A stretch of 64,000 nucleotides of DNA from a bacterium (GTDB taxonomy: Bacteria; UBA8248; JACPRG01; G963555815), in assembly GCA_965261595.1 (NCBI GenBank), contig CBDHDG010000005.1:736001-800000 (forward strand), written 5' to 3'. Under the pieces are notes generated by a model. That model made no database searches. It had not been told where the DNA came from and worked only from the letters and a program-made list of their open reading frames with translations. Positions 60,510 to 64,000 of the stretch are shown here, piece after piece (position 1 is the stretch's first letter; every line of letters begins with the position of its first letter). Position numbers and translations under genes: made by a program.

Positions 60510-60541
60510 ACGCCGGGGAGGGGGGGGAGAACGAAGCGGAG

Positions 60542-61024
60542 ATGCGGACGATATCATCCGGAGGGAGGCGCGTTTTCAGGGAATCGCGGGGCAGGACGCG
60601 TGCGGTGGTGCGCTTTCTGATGGCCGCAAGCCTGACCGTCCCGCTTTACGCCCTGAATGCCCGCGCCCAGGAGGCCATGCCCGGGTTCGGCGTCCCCCAA
60701 CTGGTCCGGCTTGACTCGAAAGGCATCCTTCCTGTTGAAGTGAGTGTCCAAAAGGGCGCGTCTGTTATCTGGCTGAACGCGACCCGGGGATATGTGACCG
60801 TCGTCTTCTCCGAAGGCGAAGGGACCGTTGCTGCCACCCAGTCACCCACGCGGTTTTTCATGGCCCCGGACGGCACGTTCACGTCGAACGCCTTCGGACC
60901 CGGGGCCGTGGCGTCCCTGGCCTTCCTGACCGTCGGCAAGTACCGCTACTTTGTCTCGGGAGTCCCGGGGCACGCGGTCCGGGGTGATGGAATTTTCGGA
61001 ACAGTGATTGTCAGGAACGAATGA
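60542..61024 (+). CDS. Secreted cupredoxin-fold-like protein
   Basis: Signal-like segment; P.EVSVQKGASVIWLN...GKYRY...GTVIV. Confidence 0.6.
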   Translation: MRTISSGGRRVFRESRGRTRAVVRFLMAASLTVPLYALNARAQEAMPGFGVPQLVRLDSKGILPVEVSVQKGASVIWLNATRGYVTVVFSEGEGTVAATQSPTRFFMAPDGTFTSNAFGPGAVASLAFLTVGKYRYFVSGVPGHAVRGDGIFGTVIVRNE

Positions 61025-61159
61025 GCGCCGCCGCGGGGGAAGGCCGGGCGCCATGTTCTTCCCCGCCGCGGTGAAGACCGGACGCCGCGAACAACCACGG
61101 GGATCGGGTCGGGGATCCCGCTCGGGTCGGAGACCCCCTCGGAGTCAACAAGGGTTTCG

Positions 61160-61441
61160 TCAATCCGTACGAATGTGAAATGCGGTCAAGGTCTCTCCGT
61201 TCCGTTCAGGAATCACCTCGCTTCGATCCACCTGGGCCACGAGGGGCCCCTTCTTGCACCAAGCCAGGAAACATTCCAGGTCGCTCCCTTCGGCCAGGGT
61301 CTCGACGGAGCCGTCCGGAAGGTTCCGGACCCAGCCGGTGAGACCCCGCCGGCCGGCTTCTCGGACGGCGCTCCAGCGGAACCCCACGCCTTGAACACGG
61401 CCGTAGACGCGGATGCGCGCCCTCCGCACGGGGTTGTTCAT
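61160..61441 (-). CDS. acyP: Acylphosphatase
   Basis: [23 protein letters not shown]. Confidence 0.95.
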   Translation of the reverse strand: MNNPVRRARIRVYGRVQGVGFRWSAVREAGRRGLTGWVRNLPDGSVETLAEGSDLECFLAWCKKGPLVAQVDRSEVIPERNGETLTAFHIRTD

Positions 61442-62199
61442 GAGAGCGGCGGCGCCCCGGTTCGGGACAATCCCCCTCCCCGTGACATCTCCTCCAGCAC
61501 GGACTCGGCCGCGGCCGCCGGGTCATCTGCGCCGGTGATGGGGCGGCCGACCACCAAATAGTCCGCGCCGTCGGCAAGGGCGGCTTCGGGCGTGGCGAAC
61601 CTTTTCTGGTCCGTGGGATTTTTGTTCTCCGCGCCCGCCAGCCGGATCCCAGGTGTGACGATCCGGAATTCGCTCCCACAGGCGTCACGGATGGCCCGCA
61701 CCTCCCGGGGGGAGGCGACGACGCCGTCCAACCCCGCCGCTTGGGTCAACCGAGCCAGCCGGACGACCAGGTCTTCGGCCGCCGGGGCAAACCCAATGGA
61801 CTTCAGATCCTCCGTATCCAGGCTGGTCAAAACGGTCACGGCGATCAACAACGGGGCGGGATTGAGGTCGGCCACGGACTCGCGGGCCGCCCGCAGCAAG
61901 GCGGCGCCGCCCGAGGCGTGGACATTGAACATGAAGACGCCCATTTCCCCCGCCTGTCGGGCGGCCAGGCCGACGGTTTGGGGGATGTCGTGAAACTTCA
62001 AGTCGAGGAAGACCTTCGCCCCCCGCCGGTGGACCGCCTCGATGGCGGCCGGGCCGCACCGGGTGAAGAGGGCGCTGCCGACTTTGAAGAACCGGACCTT
62101 CCCGCGAAGCCGATCCAGCAGGTCCTCGGCCGCATTGAGGTCCGGGTTATCCAAAGCGACGATGAGGCGATCGGTCGCCCGCTCGATGTCAAGACTAAT
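61438..62199 (-). CDS. pyrF: Orotidine-5'-phosphate decarboxylase (start probably ATT at 62199)
   Basis: [32 protein letters not shown]. Confidence 0.95.
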   Translation of the reverse strand: MSLDIERATDRLIVALDNPDLNAAEDLLDRLRGKVRFFKVGSALFTRCGPAAIEAVHRRGAKVFLDLKFHDIPQTVGLAARQAGEMGVFMFNVHASGGAALLRAARESVADLNPAPLLIAVTVLTSLDTEDLKSIGFAPAAEDLVVRLARLTQAAGLDGVVASPREVRAIRDACGSEFRIVTPGIRLAGAENKNPTDQKRFATPEAALADGADYLVVGRPITGADDPAAAAESVLEEMSRGGGLSRTGAPPLS

Positions 62200-62929
62200 C
62201 GGCGGCCTCCCGGGCTTTGCGGCGTTTCAACGCAAGCTTTGAAGTTCCGATGCTGACCTCATAAAGAACGAGCAGTGGCCCGGCCATCAGGACTTGCGTA
62301 AAGATGTCGGGAGGCGTCAGGATGGCGGCCGCTACGAACATGAGGACAATCGCGTACCGCCGATTCCGCCTCAAGACGGCGGGGGTGAGGAGGCCGAACC
62401 GGGTCAAGAGAAAGGAGGCCAGAGGCATCTCGAAGACAAGCCCGAACACCAGCAGCATCCGGATGGTGAAGGAGATGTAGTTCCCGACGGTGATGCTGGC
62501 GGAATAGGCCGCTCCGGCATAGCCCACCAGAAACTGGATCCCGAAGGGCATGACGACGAAAAAAGCGAAAGCGGCTCCGATCAGGAAACAGATGGTGGAG
62601 AGGATAACGAACGGCAGGGTGAGGGACCGCTCGGATGAATGCAGCCCGGGGGAGATGAACGACCAGAGCTGGTGCAGGACGAGGGGCAGGGATATCAGCA
62701 CCCCCGCCAGGAAAGCGACCTTCAACTGGGTGAAAAAGGCCTCGGTGGGGGCGATGATCAAGAGTTTTGACTGAATGGGCTGTATCGGGGCTTGCAGGAA
62801 GGAAAGAATGGGACCCGTGAAGTTCCAGGCCGCTAAAAATCCAAGGCCGATGCCGATCAGGCTGACCATGATGGACCGGCGTAGATCTGAGAGATGTCCC
62901 GTGAGGGACATCTTCTTTTCATCCGCCAT
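62195..62929 (-). CDS. tatC: Tat translocase subunit C
   Basis: HLSDLR; PTEAF; FISPGL; FEMP; TPPD; LYE. Confidence 0.96.
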   Translation of the reverse strand: MADEKKMSLTGHLSDLRRSIMVSLIGIGLGFLAAWNFTGPILSFLQAPIQPIQSKLLIIAPTEAFFTQLKVAFLAGVLISLPLVLHQLWSFISPGLHSSERSLTLPFVILSTICFLIGAAFAFFVVMPFGIQFLVGYAGAAYSASITVGNYISFTIRMLLVFGLVFEMPLASFLLTRFGLLTPAVLRRNRRYAIVLMFVAAAILTPPDIFTQVLMAGPLLVLYEVSIGTSKLALKRRKAREAAD

Positions 62930-63392
62930 GGTCTTTCGACGCCTTTGTCCCTGAACCGGACGCTTCCTCCGGGGTCGGGGTTGATTCTCCTCTTGCGGAA
63001 ACGGCGGCTTCCGCCCGGTCTGGGGCGGCCGGCGATTCGTCCGATGCGCCCGCCGGGGGTTCCGAGGCGGGGGGCGCGTCCGGGGGCGGAGCTTGATCCG
63101 ATTCCGATTCCAACGAGGTGTCTTCGGAGGATGCCGCTCCGGCGGCGTCCGTTTTCAGGGTTTCTTCCTTTTTCTCCGTGTCCGGTTGATCGCCCTGGGC
63201 AACGGCCTCTTCGACGTCCAGATCCTCCAGGTTATCCATCCGCAGCTCATCCTTCAGACCGGAGGTGGCGTTTCGGAATTCGCGAAGCCCCTTGCCGATG
63301 CTGCGGGCGACATCGGGCAACTTCTTGGGTCCGATGACCAGAAGGGCGATCACGAGGATAACGATCAGTTCGGTCATGCCGATTCCGAACAT
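62919..63392 (-). CDS. tatB: Tat translocase subunit B (TatA/B family)
   Basis: MFGIGMTELIVILVIALLVIGPKKLP; long acidic tail; upstream of tatC. Confidence 0.85.
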   Translation of the reverse strand: MFGIGMTELIVILVIALLVIGPKKLPDVARSIGKGLREFRNATSGLKDELRMDNLEDLDVEEAVAQGDQPDTEKKEETLKTDAAGAASSEDTSLESESDQAPPPDAPPASEPPAGASDESPAAPDRAEAAVSARGESTPTPEEASGSGTKASKDHGG

Positions 63393-63643
63393 GTCTGCGA
63401 TTCACCTATTGCGCTGGGATGAGCGTTGTCTCTTCCCGGATTTGGAGAAGCGCGACATTCCGGGAGGCCGAAAATCAAATCTGAACAAGCATAGACAATC
63501 TATTTCAATCCCCGTTGGGAATCAAGCGGTATCCAAGGCGAATTCCCTCTTTGCCCTTCCGAGGAATGATTGAAAATTGATTGTAATTTTGTATTAATTT
63601 GGCTATGATTTCGTCATTCACTCATTATGGGCGGGTTGGAAAG

Positions 63644-64000
63644 ATGAAGGCAAAGCTTTACAAAACTTTGTGTGTCTCACCCAATGGGCTCAGTTATCGG
63701 GAGCTCGCCAGCAAAACGTTGAAATCGAAGGACATCTCCGAATCTTTGGGCCGTCGAATCTTTGAGCCGATTTTGAGCGGTGAGGCGAATTTTGTCCAAG
63801 AGGAAAGCGGGCTTTGGCATGTTCGTGAGCCGGCGGATCCGGCGGACCGGTTCTTGGGCAATCTGACGTATGTCGTGGTCGACCTGGAGACGACGGGATA
63901 TCCGGTCCCTGAGGAGGGTGTCACCGAGATCGGGGCTGTCAAGGTTCAGGGAGAGCGCTGGATAGAGGAATTTCATGCGCTCGTCAACCCAGGCCGTTAC
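63644..64000 (+). CDS. DEDD 3'-5' exonuclease (DnaQ-like), runs off the window
   Basis: Open frame from ATG 63644: YVVVDLETTG...VTEIGAVKV...FHALVNP (absent from the ORF track). Confidence 0.85.
   Translation, partial: MKAKLYKTLCVSPNGLSYRELASKTLKSKDISESLGRRIFEPILSGEANFVQEESGLWHVREPADPADRFLGNLTYVVVDLETTGYPVPEEGVTEIGAVKVQGERWIEEFHALVNPGRY

Overview
High-GC, Gram-negative-type bacterial chromosome segment; the taxon cannot be fixed from the sequence alone. It has five zones. (1) 1-7289: decayed accessory DNA with a GDSL-type autotransporter esterase, an HtrA fragment and nested IS elements (IS3 in IS21 in IS1380). This is probably the end of a second island stacked at the same tRNA. (2) 7290-31203: a ~24 kb island integrated at tRNA-Thr(CGT), bounded by a 61-bp direct repeat. 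Its backbone is phage-satellite-like (integrase, excisionase, AAA_25 helicase, small terminase, HGGxSTG protein, terminase and portal remnants). It carries a five-gene putative anti-phage operon: SNF2 helicase-DUF3883 nuclease, Schlafen/AlbA_2 protein, ParA-type ATPase, DUF1156 adenine methyltransferase (split by a tandem IS1380) and HEPN-DUF499 ATPase. The AlbA_2+ParA pair sits between two diverged copies of the last 38 codons of the helicase gene, i.e. it looks like a cassette added by swapping the gene tail. This is the most notable observation. (3) ygfZ-like gene, tRNA-Lys and tRNA-Glu, then a second integrative element broken up by IS3 copies (32988-39124). (4) 39125-52076: an eroding aromatic/heterocycle catabolism region (OYE, two Mo-hydroxylase large subunits, amidase, two UbiD, substrate-binding proteins). 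(5) Core genes: FG-GAP protein, porin flanked by REP-like palindromes, radical SAM, hisZ, purA, acyP, pyrF (apparent ATT start), tatC, tatB and a DEDD exonuclease. All family calls come from motif recognition by eye; no database searches were run.
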